Positions 23,685-34,509 of a stretch of 64,000 bases of DNA are shown piece by piece; positions within the stretch are counted from its first letter, which is position 1, and each line of letters opens with the position of its first letter. A model generated the notes under the pieces. The model was not told the origin of the DNA. It did not search any database and saw only the letters and a program-made list of their open reading frames with translations. Made by a program: the position numbers and the translations under genes. Origin of the DNA: an uncultured delta proteobacterium. GTDB lineage: Bacteria; Myxococcota_A; UBA9160; UBA4427. The stretch spans positions 576,001-640,000 of the forward strand of contig CAWGJT010000005.1 of NCBI GenBank assembly GCA_963822965.1. Direction: 5' to 3'.

Positions 23685-25435
23685 TTGACGCTACCTCCGC
23701 TCTCGCTGCGCGGCAAACTCTTCGCTCTTCGCCGCCGTCCTGATCCTCGTCCCGGGCATCCTGCTCGGGCTGCTGGCCAACCGCAGCGCGACGCGATTCG
23801 CTGCAGCGGGTGATCGGGCGGCAGCTGGCGCGCGAAGCCCTCCACACCAGCGAGCGCCTCTCCAGCATTCTTCGCAGCGAAGAACGCACGCTGCAGAGCT
23901 TTGCCCAGCAGGATCTCATGCGTGACGTGCGGGTCGCGGACATCGACAAGCGCGTCGCGCGCGCGCTGGCCACCCTGAAGAGCGGCAACGCGTCGCGCCT
24001 GGACTACTTCGTCGCCGAGCCCGACGGACACGTCGTCGCCGCCAGCAGCCCGCAGTGGATCGATCCGGACGCGAGCCGGCCCTGGCGATCGCAGCTGGCG
24101 CCCCTGCTCGCCGGGCGCGCGCGCCAACGGGGTCCGATCCGGATCGGCGAGTGGACGGCGCTGGCGATCTCGACGCCGGTGCCCGACCCCGACGGCGGCG
24201 AGCCGCTGGGCGTCCTGGTGGGTCTCCTCGACTGGAAGCTGCTGACGAAGGTCCTGGACGAGGTACGGTCGGATCTCGCCGCCCAGGGCATCGAGGCCAG
24301 CCTGGTCCTGGTCGCGCCCGACGGAACGCCGGTCGCCACCTCGGGTGCGGTTCCGGTCGCGCTGCCCGAGGCGGCGAAGACGGCGGGCTTCTCGGTGGAC
24401 GCCGAGCGCCAGCTGATCGTCGGACGCGCCGGGCTCGACTCGGACGTGCCGCCGTGGCGCCTGCTCGTGGTGGAGCCCCTCGATCACGCCCTCGCCCCGG
24501 CCCGGGCGCTCACGAGACACCTGGCCCTGACCATGGCGCTGGCCCTCGCCGCCGCACTGGTGGTGGCGACCCTGGCGGCGCGCCGGGTGGTCCGCCCCCT
24601 GAGCGAGCTCACCGACGCGATCCGGGGCATGGCTCGAGGCGACATTGGCGGCGCCTCGGTGCCGGTGCGCTCGGACGACGAGGTGGGCGTGCTCGCTCGG
24701 TCCTTCAACCAGATGGCGGGGGACCTCGACCGCACCCAGAAGAACCTCGTCGAGGCCGAGAAGTTCGCGTTCGTGGGCGAGCTGGCGGCGGGCGTGGCCC
24801 ACGAGGTGCGCACCTCGCTCGGGGTGCTGCGCAGCTCGGCCCAGATGCTCGGACAGGACCTCGCCGGGGCCGGCAAGCCCGCGGTGACGGAGCTCGTGGA
24901 GATGATCCGAGACGAGGTCGCGCGCCTGTCACGGGTGGTCGACGATCTCCTCACCCTGGACCGCCCTCGCGCGCTGCACTTCGAGCCCACGCCCCTCTCG
25001 CTGCCCCTGCTGCGCGCGGCGGAGTTCGTCGAGGCGCAGGCCCGGCAGAAGGGCGTCCACCTCGACGTGAAGCAGGCGGACGTCGAGGCGATCGTGTCCT
25101 GCGATCGCGAGGCCCTGCAGCACGTCTGCGTGAACCTCCTGGTCAACGCGGTGCAGACCCTGTCCGAAGGCGGCCACGTGGAGCTGCGGACGTTCGGGCC
25201 CGAGGCAGGCTCCGCGGCGTTCCACGTCGCGGACGACGGTCCGGGCATCCCGCCCGACCAACGCGCGCGCATCTTCGAGCCGTTCCGGACGGGCCGCGAC
25301 GTCGGCGTCGGTCTGGGGCTCACGTTCGTGAAGCGGGTCGTGCACGAGCACGGCGGACACATCGAGGTCGACGCCAGTCCCGCCGGCGGCGCGTGCTTCC
25401 GCGTCGAGATCCCGCTCTCGGAGGAGACATCGTGA
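23685..25435 (+). CDS. HAMP-domain sensor histidine kinase (frameshift near the N-terminus)
   Basis: Two TM segments, HAMP DEVGVLARSFNQM, H-box VAHEVRT, NLLVNA, DDGPG, GLGL. Confidence 0.92.
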
Positions 25436-26784
25436 GACCGGTGCTGGTGGTGGACGACGACAAGCGCACGCGTCGCATCCTGCAGATGCTGCTCGAGCGG
25501 CTCGCTCTGCCCTCGCGGGCCTTCGAGTCGGCGCCGGAGGCGCTCGAGCTCCTGCAGCGGGAATCCGCCGCCCTGGTGCTCACGGATCTCCGCATGCCCC
25601 GCATGGGAGGCATCGAGTTCCTGCGCGAGCTGCGCCGACTCGACGGCGAGGTGCCGGTGATCGTCCTCACCGCCTACGGCACCGTGGAGTCCGCCGTCGA
25701 GGCGATGAAGCTCGGCGCGGTCGACTTCCTCGCCAAGCCCTTCGACCTGGAGGCCCTCGAGCTGCTGATCGGCCGCTCGCTCGAGTACGCCCGGAGCCGC
25801 GTCGAGAACCGCTACCTGCGGGAGGCGGTCGACCGCGCCCCCGGCTCCGGCGAGATGGTGGGAGACTCGCCGGCCATGGCCGAGGTGTTCGAGCTCATCG
25901 AGAAGGTGGCACCCACCCGCAGCAGCGTGCTGGTCACGGGCGAGACCGGCACCGGGAAGGAGCTCGTCGCCCGGGCCATCCACCGCCGCAGCGCCCGCGC
26001 CGAGCAGCTCTTCGTGCCGCTCAACTGCTCGGCGGTTCCGGCGGAGCTGCTCGAGAGCGAGCTCTTCGGCCACGTCCGCGGCGCGTTCAGCGGCGCCCAC
26101 ACCGACCGCACCGGGAAGTTCCAGGCCGCGGACGGCGGCACCCTCTTCCTCGACGAGATCGGCGACATGGACTTCCGGCTGCAGGCGAAGCTGCTGCGCG
26201 TCCTGCAGGAAGGCGTGATCGAGCCGGTGGGGAGCAACCGGCGCACGCCGGTGGACGTGCGCATCGTCTCCTCCACGAACCGGGACCTGGCCGCCGCGAT
26301 GACGAGCGGCGAGTTCCGCGAGGATCTCTTCTACCGCCTGGACGTGTTCCACATCAACCTGCCGCCCCTGCGCGAGCGGCGCGAGGACGTGCCGGCGCTG
26401 GCGCGCTCCTTCCTGGCCCACTTCGGCCGCGAGCTGGGGCGCGGCCCGCTCGAGATCACCGACGGCGCCCTGGCGCTGCTGCAGGCGTGCGCCTGGCCGG
26501 GCAACGTCCGCGAGCTGCGCAACGTGATGGAGCGGGCGGCGGTGCTCGTGGAGGGAGCGGAGGTGGACGCGGCCCTGGTGCGGCGACTCCTGCCCCTGCG
26601 CGAGCCGCCGGAGACCGAGAGCACGAGCGATTCCCTGGACCTCGCCGCCGCCGTCGCCCGAGCGGAGCGGCGCACCATCCTGCGGGCGCTCGAGCGCACA
26701 GGCGGCAACAAGGCCGCGGCGGCCGGCCTGCTCGACATCGGCGAGCGGACCCTGTGGACCAAGCTCAAGAAGCACGGGGTATGA
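25432..26784 (+). CDS. Sigma-54-dependent response regulator (NtrC/AtoC family)
   Basis: Receiver domain, GETGTGKE, ESELFGH.RGAFSGA, WPGNVREL, Fis HTH; GTGA overlap with the kinase. Confidence 0.95.
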   Translation: MRPVLVVDDDKRTRRILQMLLERLALPSRAFESAPEALELLQRESAALVLTDLRMPRMGGIEFLRELRRLDGEVPVIVLTAYGTVESAVEAMKLGAVDFLAKPFDLEALELLIGRSLEYARSRVENRYLREAVDRAPGSGEMVGDSPAMAEVFELIEKVAPTRSSVLVTGETGTGKELVARAIHRRSARAEQLFVPLNCSAVPAELLESELFGHVRGAFSGAHTDRTGKFQAADGGTLFLDEIGDMDFRLQAKLLRVLQEGVIEPVGSNRRTPVDVRIVSSTNRDLAAAMTSGEFREDLFYRLDVFHINLPPLRERREDVPALARSFLAHFGRELGRGPLEITDGALALLQACAWPGNVRELRNVMERAAVLVEGAEVDAALVRRLLPLREPPETESTSDSLDLAAAVARAERRTILRALERTGGNKAAAAGLLDIGERTLWTKLKKHGV

Positions 26785-26820
26785 CGGCGGGCTAGCCCTG
26801 ATCCGTCATACGGATCCGGG

Positions 26821-27468
26821 CTACATCCCGGCGAGGGTCGTGCCGTCGTCGGCGGTGGCCCCGTCGAGGTGGGCGGTGCACGCAAAGAGCTCGAATCGCC
26901 ACGGCGCGGGGCCGGCGAGGCGCGAGAGCGCCGTGTTGCCGAAGCGGATGGGCGGCCCGTCCGGACCGAAGCTGCCCGGGGCGAGCTGGCCCGGCGGCTC
27001 GGCGAGGCGCACCGCGATGGAGTGGCAGACGAGTCCGTGGGTGACGACGGCCAGGTGTCCCTCGGTGGATTCGGCCAGGCGGCACAGATTCTCCCAGGCG
27101 CGATCCACCCGGGCGTGGAACGCCGCCCACGTCTCGCCGTTCGGCGGCGCGTAGTCCGGCGCGAAGAGCTCGATGCCCTGCTCGGCGAGCCGCGTGTAGG
27201 GCGTGCCGCGATGGTCCCCGAAGTGGCGCTCCTGCAGGTCGGGATCCAGCGACAAGGGGGCGCCCGTCGCCCGGAAGATCGGGTCCGCCGTCATGTGGGC
27301 GCGCGCCAGGTCGCTGGTGACGACGCGCCCGATGCCTGCGTCCGCGAGGCGGGCCGCCAGCAGCCGGGCCTGGGCGATCCCGCGCTCCGAGAGCGGCGTC
27401 TCCGGCGTCTGGACGACGCGCGCCCGATTCGAAGCCGTCTCGCCGTGACGGATGAGGTAGATCGCCAT
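26821..27468 (-). CDS. Histidine phosphatase (phosphoglycerate mutase family)
   Basis: LIRHGET, SDL.RA..TA, L.ERHFG, VTHG. Confidence 0.92.
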   Translation of the reverse strand: MAIYLIRHGETASNRARVVQTPETPLSERGIAQARLLAARLADAGIGRVVTSDLARAHMTADPIFRATGAPLSLDPDLQERHFGDHRGTPYTRLAEQGIELFAPDYAPPNGETWAAFHARVDRAWENLCRLAESTEGHLAVVTHGLVCHSIAVRLAEPPGQLAPGSFGPDGPPIRFGNTALSRLAGPAPWRFELFACTAHLDGATADDGTTLAGM

Positions 27469-27477
27469 GCCCCGAGG

Positions 27478-28113
27478 CTATCGGCTGGCGGCGTCGCTGT
27501 CTCCGTCGTCGTGGCTCACGAGCCCGGCGAGGATGCCGCCGAGGATCTTGGGCTCGAGCAGAAGCTGGAGCGAGAAGGGCGCCCGGAGCTCCCGGCCCAT
27601 CTCCTGCAGGAAGAATTCGATCTCGCCGTACAGGGAGAGCACCACCGTGTCCGAGGGCGCATGGGTGCCGAGCAGCGCCGCGAGCAGCGGCCGCTCCTCG
27701 AGCGCGGGACGCCCGAGCTGCACCTCGGCCTGGGCGGCGGCCGCCAGCGCGTCGATCACCGCTCCCAGCACGCGGCTTCCCTGGTCGACGAAGCGGGTCA
27801 GGGGATCGGCGCCCGGCTGCGAATCGCGCTCGCCCGACTGCAGCCAGAGCAGCGCGTCGCCCGGGTCGAGGGCGAAGAGCGCCGTACCGGACAGCGGCCC
27901 CTCGAAGCGCTGGACGACCCCGGCGATCACGTCTCCCGACAGACCTCGGGAGGCGGCGGCGGGGTCCAGATGACAGATGGCGCCGCTCGAGAAGTCCTGC
28001 AGCTCGATGCGGGTTCCGTCGGCGGGCGTCGCAGCAAGACGCGTCCCCGCGTCCGAGAGCCCCGAGGCGAGGCAGTGGCGCAGCAGCTCGTGATGGCTGG
28101 TCGTGAGACTCAG
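27478..28113 (-). CDS. CheC-like protein, catalytic motifs degenerate, probable CTG start
   Basis: Frame is open to CTG at 28113, preceded by GGAGAG; GVVQRFEGPLSGTALF resembles the CheC core. Confidence 0.55.
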   Translation of the reverse strand: MSLTTSHHELLRHCLASGLSDAGTRLAATPADGTRIELQDFSSGAICHLDPAAASRGLSGDVIAGVVQRFEGPLSGTALFALDPGDALLWLQSGERDSQPGADPLTRFVDQGSRVLGAVIDALAAAAQAEVQLGRPALEERPLLAALLGTHAPSDTVVLSLYGEIEFFLQEMGRELRAPFSLQLLLEPKILGGILAGLVSHDDGDSDAASR

Positions 28114-28299
28114 GTCTTTCTCTCCAGGAGCCCCTTTGGGCAGGGGACCGCGATTGCAGAGACGGAGGATGTATCGTCCGCTGTCAGAAAAACCGAAGGG
28201 AAAATACCACTGGATTCGACGAGTACGAACGATTCCCGGACCGGACCGACCCGTTTGCGATCCGCGTCACGCGGCGTGCCGGAAGCCCGGCGGCAGCTC

Positions 28300-30588
28300 G
28301 TGCGCAGCGCACGCGTGCGCGAGCTGGCGCTGTCCCTGGCCGCGGCCACCACCCTGGCAGCCGGCGTCGCCGGCCTCTTCCCTCCGGCGGCGTCGGCGGC
28401 AGCCGAAAAGGCTCCCGCCGCGGAGGCCGCTCCCGCCGCGGAGACCGAAGCCGCGCTGCCCCTGTGGCGCGTCCGCGAGGCCGGCGCTGACGGGGCGAGC
28501 CTCTACGTGCTGGCGACGGTCGCCCTCGGCGAGGACGAGCGCCTGCGCTTCGACCCGGCCGTCCTCGACGCCTTCGAGCAGGCCGGCCGCCTGGTGCTTC
28601 CCGACAACGCGGCGCTCTCCAAGCAGAACGCGTTGATCGGGTGGAAGGCGCATCTCGCGGAAGGCGACGTGCTCTCCAACTGGCTGCCGGAAGAGGTCTT
28701 CTCGGGATACGTCGAGGCCGTCGGTCGTGCCGGCTTCCCGCCCACCTACGCGAACGTGACGGCTCCCTGGTTTGCGGCCCGCATGGTCCGCGCCGCGGAC
28801 CTGCGGCGCACGGGCTTCACGCCAGAGCGCGAGTTCGAGGTGTTCTTCGCGCACCTGGCCGAGGAGCGGGGCGACCCGAAGCCCATCCTGCCCCTGGAGG
28901 AGTCGGCGACGAGCTACGACCGCGCGGCGGCGCTCTCGAAGCCGATCCAGGTGGAGATCATGCAGCGCGCGCTCGCCGACTCGGCCCGCGCCGACTCGGA
29001 CCTGCCCGCCGCGGCCGCCGCCTGGAAGGCCGGCGACCTTCCCGCGCTCGACGGGATTCTGCGGCGCAGCGACCGCGAGCACCCGGAATGGGCCGAGAGC
29101 CGCAGCCGGACCACGACCTTCGAGAGCGCGCGACTGGCCGACGGCGTGCGGCGCCTGCTCGCGGAGCCCGGGCCGCATACGGACTTCCTGCTCGCCGAGA
29201 GCCGCTACGTGATCGGCACCGGCGGCCTGCTGGCCCGCCTGCGGCAGGCCGGCCTGCAGGTGACCCCCGTGGCGGCTCGGGGCGGTCGCGCAGAGCCCTA
29301 CCCGGCGCCCCCGCTGCCCGCCGCGAGGACGGCGCCCGTGCGGCCGGCGGCCGGCGGGCGTCGGACCGGACGCGTGCTGCTCGTGGGCATCGACGGCGCC
29401 AGCCTGCGCATCATCCGCCCGCTGCTCGCGCAGGGCCGACTCCCCCACCTGGCGGAGCTGGCCCGTCGGGGCGTCTCCGGCGCCCTGCGCTCCCATCGTC
29501 CCCTCTACTCGCCGCGCATCTGGAACTCCATCGCCACCGGCAAGATGCCCGAGAAGCACGGCATCGAGGGCTTCACGTTCCACGACGACGCGGGGAAGCA
29601 GCAGCTCTACCTGAGCGTCCACCGCAAGGCGCACGCCCTCTGGAACATCGCCTCGAAGGCGGGAATGCGGGTCGCCGTGGTCAACTGGTGGAACACCTAT
29701 CCGCCGGAGGTCGTGAACGGCGTCATGGTCTCCGACCACGCGAAGCCCAGCGCGCCTGGCGGAGCTGCGCAATCTGACGGGCGCCGAGAAGATCGACGAG
29801 GACGCCATCGGCGCCACGGTATTTCCGCCCGCCTGGAGGGCTCGGGTGGCGGAGGTGTACGCGCGGCGCCTGGTGATCCCGGGTCTCGAGGATCCCTTCC
29901 TGGGCAACCTCGGCCTGCCGCCCTGGCTGCAGAAGGAGGAGCTCTCGAAGCGCTTCCGGGACGACGCCGCGGTGGCGCGTCTCTCCCTCGAGATCGAGGC
30001 CCGCGAAGCCCCCGAGCTGCTCGCTGGTCTTCCTGCCCGGCATCGACCGGGTGTCCCATCGCCTGTGGGCCGGGGTGGCGCCGCCCGAGAGCTACGCCAA
30101 GCCCCTCGACCTGAGCGAGCGACAGCGCGCCGCCGCGCGGGATGCCCTCGAGCGCTACTACGTGTACAGCGATGCGCTGATCGGGCTGCTCGCCCGGGAC
30201 TTCGGACCGGACGACCTCGTCATGGTCGTCTCCGACCACGGATTCGAGGCGGGTGAGCATCTCGGCGACCTGACCGGCGTCCACGACAGCGAGGCGGCCC
30301 TGGACGGCATCCTCTTCGCTCGCGGTCCCGGCATCCGGCCCGGCAGCGACGCCGCGGGCACGTCCGTCAACGACGTGACGCCCACGATCCTCGCCTGGCT
30401 CGGGCTTCCTCTCGGTCGCGACATGGACGGGACACGTCGCAGCCTTCTTCGACGGCGCGCAGCGCGGCACCGAGGTGGAGACGATCGCGACCTGGGACAC
30501 CGAGCCCATCGAACGCATCGGCAACGCGCGTTCGGGACACGAAGACGAGATCCTCGATCAGCTTCGCGGGCTGGGATACATCGAGTAA
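28300..30588 (+). CDS. TraB/GumN-like domain fused to an alkaline-phosphatase-superfamily (nucleotide pyrophosphatase) domain, frameshifted in the 3' half
   Basis: Signal peptide, LWRV..LYVLAT, PW, AAWKAGD; then in the same frame VLLVGIDGA, WNSIATGK, VVSDHGF; ends LRGLGYIE*. Confidence 0.8.
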
Positions 30589-30616
30589 GCTGTGCCCCTC
30601 TCCGGGGGGAAGCGAC

Positions 30617-31510
30617 GTGGCGCAGAAGCGGGATCGCGACAGGAACAGGAAGAGGAACGGCAACAGGAAGGGCAGCGACCGGAAGTCCGGCCGCCGGAAG
30701 ACGCGCCGGGTCGCGCCGCGCATGGCGCGGGGCGCCGACAAGCACCGCCTGTACGAGGAGTCGGTGCAGGGCGTCGAGAGCGACGTCGCGCTGATCGAGC
30801 GCCTGTTTCGGAAACGCTACGGGCGCCCGCCGCGCCGCCTGCGCGAGGACTTCTGCGGTACGGCGGCGCTGTGCTGCGAGTGGGTTCGCATGCACGGCGA
30901 CAATCGCGCCGTCGGGGTCGACATCGACCGCGAGGTGCTCGACTACTGCCGCCAGAACCACTTCCCGAAGCTCGACGCGGACCAACGCGACCGCGTCGAG
31001 CTGCGGCTCGCCAACGTGCTGGACGACCCGAGCACGGGCTTCGACGTCACCTGCGCGTTCAATTTCTCCTACTTCTGCTTCCAGACGCGGGAGCTGCTCA
31101 CCCGCTACTTCCGGCGGGCCCGCAAGAGCCTGGGCCGGGAGGGGCTCTTCCTCGTCGACCTCTACGGCGGCGCCGACGCCCAGCGCACCCTGACCGAGAC
31201 CCGGGAGCAGGAGGGCTTCGACTACGTGTGGGACCAGCACGTCTTCGATCCGGTCACGAATCACGTGATCAACTACATCCACTTCGAGTTCCCGGACGGC
31301 TCCGAGATGCGGCGGGCCTTCACCTACGACTGGCGGCTGTGGTCGATCCCGGAGCTGCGCGAGGCGATGGCCGACGCGGGCTTCCGGGAGAGCGAGGTGT
31401 ACTGGGAGGGAACCGACCGCAAGACCAACGAGCCGAACGGCGTCTACCGGAAGGTCAAGTCGGCTCCCGACGACCCGGCCTGGGTGTCCTACATCGTCGC
31501 TTCTCCCTGA
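30617..31510 (+). CDS. Class I SAM-dependent methyltransferase
   Basis: LYEESVQ, LREDFCGTA, GVDID, FNFSY, FTYDWRLWSIPE. Confidence 0.85.
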   Translation: MAQKRDRDRNRKRNGNRKGSDRKSGRRKTRRVAPRMARGADKHRLYEESVQGVESDVALIERLFRKRYGRPPRRLREDFCGTAALCCEWVRMHGDNRAVGVDIDREVLDYCRQNHFPKLDADQRDRVELRLANVLDDPSTGFDVTCAFNFSYFCFQTRELLTRYFRRARKSLGREGLFLVDLYGGADAQRTLTETREQEGFDYVWDQHVFDPVTNHVINYIHFEFPDGSEMRRAFTYDWRLWSIPELREAMADAGFRESEVYWEGTDRKTNEPNGVYRKVKSAPDDPAWVSYIVASP

Positions 31511-31617
31511 ATGAAGCCGCGGGCGCTCCTTGAAGCCCGGATCCGGATCGGCGCGGGGCGGCGGCCGCCCCGCGCCCGCCGCCCCGCACACAGGGATCGA
31601 GCACGGCGGGGCGCGTA

Positions 31618-31645
31618 TTGACATTCTTGTCAGGCAGGGAAAACT
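31618..31645 (+). promoter_or_regulatory. Sigma-70-type promoter overlapped by a TGACA-N4-TGTCA palindrome
   Basis: TTGACA at 31618, palindrome at 31619-31632, AAAACT -10-like; upstream of the ACAD pair. Confidence 0.6.
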
Positions 31646-31709
31646 CGTCGGGGCCGGGCGCCCTGGCGGGGCGCCGGCGGCTTGCCTCACCCTCGAACCG
31701 GAGACCCCC

Positions 31710-32824
31710 ATGAACTTCGACTTTTCCGAGGACCAGAAGCTCCTCCAGAAGACCGCACGCGACTTCCTCGAGGAGCACTCGCCGCTCTCCGTCTGCCGCG
31801 AGGTGCTCGAATCCGATCAGCCCTACTCCGCAGGCGCTCTTGAAGGCGGCCGCCGAGATGGGCTACCAGGGCAGCGTGATTCCCGAGGAGTACGGCGGGG
31901 CCGGCTTCGGGTATCTCGAGCTCGCCGTGATCGCCGAGGAGCTCGGCCGCGCGCTGGCGCCGATTCCGTTCTCCTCGAGCGTCTACCTCGCCACCGAGGC
32001 GATCCTGCAGGCGGGCAGCGATGAGCAGAAGCAGCAGTACCTGCCGAAGCTCGCGTCCGGCGAGGCCATCGGCACCTTCGCCCTCGCCGAGAAGCCCGGG
32101 CAGAACGCGGCCGAGGGCGTCGAGGCCACCTTCCAGGGCGGCAAGCTCTCGGGCACGAAGCTGCCGGTACCCGACGGCGACGTGGCGAGCTTCGCGGTGG
32201 TCGCCGCGAAGGAGGGCGGCGGCGTGAGCCTGGTGCTGGTGGATCTCGAGGGCGACGGCGTGAAGCGCACCCCCGTCGGCTCGTTCGATCCGTCCCGCTC
32301 GCTGGCGGAGATCCGCTTCGAGGGCGCACCCGCGACGCGGCTCGGCGACGCCGGTCAGGGCGCGGCCCTGGCCGACCGGGTTCTCGACCGCGCGGCCGTG
32401 CTCGTGGCCTTCGAGCAGCTCGGCGGCGCCGAGCGCGCCTTCGAGATCACCAAGGAGTTCATGAACGGCCGCTACGCGTTCGGCCGCCCGATCTCCTCGT
32501 TCCAGGCCCTCAAGCACCGCCTGGCCGACCTGTGGTGCGAGATCCAGCTCACGCGGTCGAACTGCTACTACGGCGCCTGGGCGCTCAGCAACGACGCGCC
32601 GGAGCTGGGCGATCGCGGCCTGCATCTCGCGCATCGCCGCCTGCAAGGCCTTCGACCTGGCGGGCGTCGAGATGATCCAGCTGCACGGCGGCGTCGGCTA
32701 CACCTGGGAGTACGACTGCCACCTCTTCTACCGGCGGGCGAAGCTGCTCTCGGTGCTGCTCGGCAATCCCGCGCACTGGAAGGACAAGCTGGTCGAGCGG
32801 CTTCGCGCCAAGCAGGCCGCCTGA
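31710..32824 (+). CDS. Acyl-CoA dehydrogenase (FadE27/PimD-like subunit), frameshifted
   Basis: MNFDFSEDQ, IPEEYGGAG, FGRPISSFQALKHRLAD, IQLHGGVGYTWE. Confidence 0.9.
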
Positions 32825-32911
32825 GCGCGGTCGCCCGTCTCTCTCGCACCCACCGCGCGCGCCGCGCGCCCAGCCCGTCGATCCCCTGGGATCGATCACG
32901 AGAGAGACGAC

Positions 32912-34170
32912 ATGGATTTCAACGACACCCCCGAAGAAGCCGCCTTCCGCGCCGAGGCGCGAGCCTGGCTGCAGGCCAACGCCAAGCCCAAGCAGGACCC
33001 CGACGACGCCGGGCGAGGACCTGCTCGGCGAGCGGACGAGCCCCGAGACCATCCAGGCCGCCCAGGCCTGGCAGAAGAAGAAGGCCGAGGCCGGCTGGGC
33101 CTGCATCACCTGGCCGAAGGCGTACGGCGGACGCGACGCCACTCCCGATCCAGAACGTCATCTGGGGACAGGAGGAGTCGAAGTTCGAGACGCCCCCGAA
33201 CATCTTCGGCATCGGCATCGGCATGTGCGGGCCGACGGTCCTCACCCACGGCACCGAAGAGCAGAAGAAGCGCTGGATTCCGAAGCTGCTCTCGGGCGAG
33301 GAGATCTGGTGCCAGCTCTTCAGCGAGCCGGCCGCCGGGTCGGACCTGGCCGGGCTGCGCACCACCGCCGTGAAGGACGGAGACGAGTGGGTGATCAACG
33401 GCCAGAAGATCTGGACCACCGGGCGCGCACTTCTGCGACTGGGGCATCCTCGTCGTGCGCACCGATCCGACCGTGGCCAAGCACGCCGGCCTCTCGTACT
33501 TCGTCGTCGACATGCACTCCCCGGGCATCGAGGTGCGGCCGATCACGCAGATCAACCGGGGCCAGGGCTTCAACGAGGTGTTCTTCACCGACGTGCGCAT
33601 CCCCGACGCGAACCGCCTCTCCGAGGTCGGGCAACGGCTGGGCGGTCGCGATCACGACGCTGATGAACGAGCGCGCCTCGATCGGCGGCGGCGGCGATCG
33701 GGCGGCGGCGTCGAAGACCTGATCGCGCATGGCCGAGCAGACCGAGATCGGACGGCCGCCCGGCGATCGAGGACTCGGCGGTGCGCGAGAAGATCGCCGA
33801 CCTCTACACCCGCAGCCGCGGCGTGCAGTACACCGGCTACCGCACCCTGACGGCGCTCTCCCGGGGCACCACGCCCGGCCCGGAGTCGAGCCTCGGCAAG
33901 CTCGTGGGCGCGGCGCTGGCCCAGGACATGGCGGCGTTCGGGATCGAGCTCGGGGGCGTCTGCGGCGGCACCCTCGACCGCAGAGGTGACGCCCGGCGAC
34001 GGCGATGCTGGCAGGACATGTACCTGGCGATCCCCGGACTCCGCATCGCGGGCGGCACCGACGAGATCCTGCGCAACATCATCGCCGAGCGCGTTCTGGG
34101 TCTCCCGCCGGAGACGCGCGCCGACAAGGGGATCGCGTTCAAGGACGTTCCCACGGGACCCAGCAAGTGA
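32912..34170 (+). CDS. Acyl-CoA dehydrogenase (FadE26/PimC-like subunit), frameshifted
   Basis: MDFNDTPEE, WCQLFSEPAAGSDLAGL, NGQKIWT, FNEVFF, IAGGTDEILRNIIAERVLGLP. Confidence 0.9.
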
Positions 34171-34509
34171 GCCGCTGAAGCCCGCCCTGGCTGGCGGCGC
34201 TCTCTTCGGGGCCCGGGTCGCGCGAGCGGTCCGGGCCCTCGACGTTTCGGGGCCCGCCGCCGGGGCTTCACCGATCCGGCCGGACGGTCGAAACGTCCGG
34301 GCATGACGGGGCTCCGGCGCGTGGATTCGAAGGCTCGGGCGTCCCGCCGCGCGGCGACGGGCGGCGTGCGCGCGACGCGCGCGGCACGAATCGCGCCGGC
34401 GCTGCGTCGGTCGGCGCACGCGAAGGCGTTGCCACCCGTCCGGAAAGAGGCGACGATCTGAGCGCCGCCGGCCGGCGGGCGCCGTAGAGACGAGGACGGC
34501 CAGCGATCC

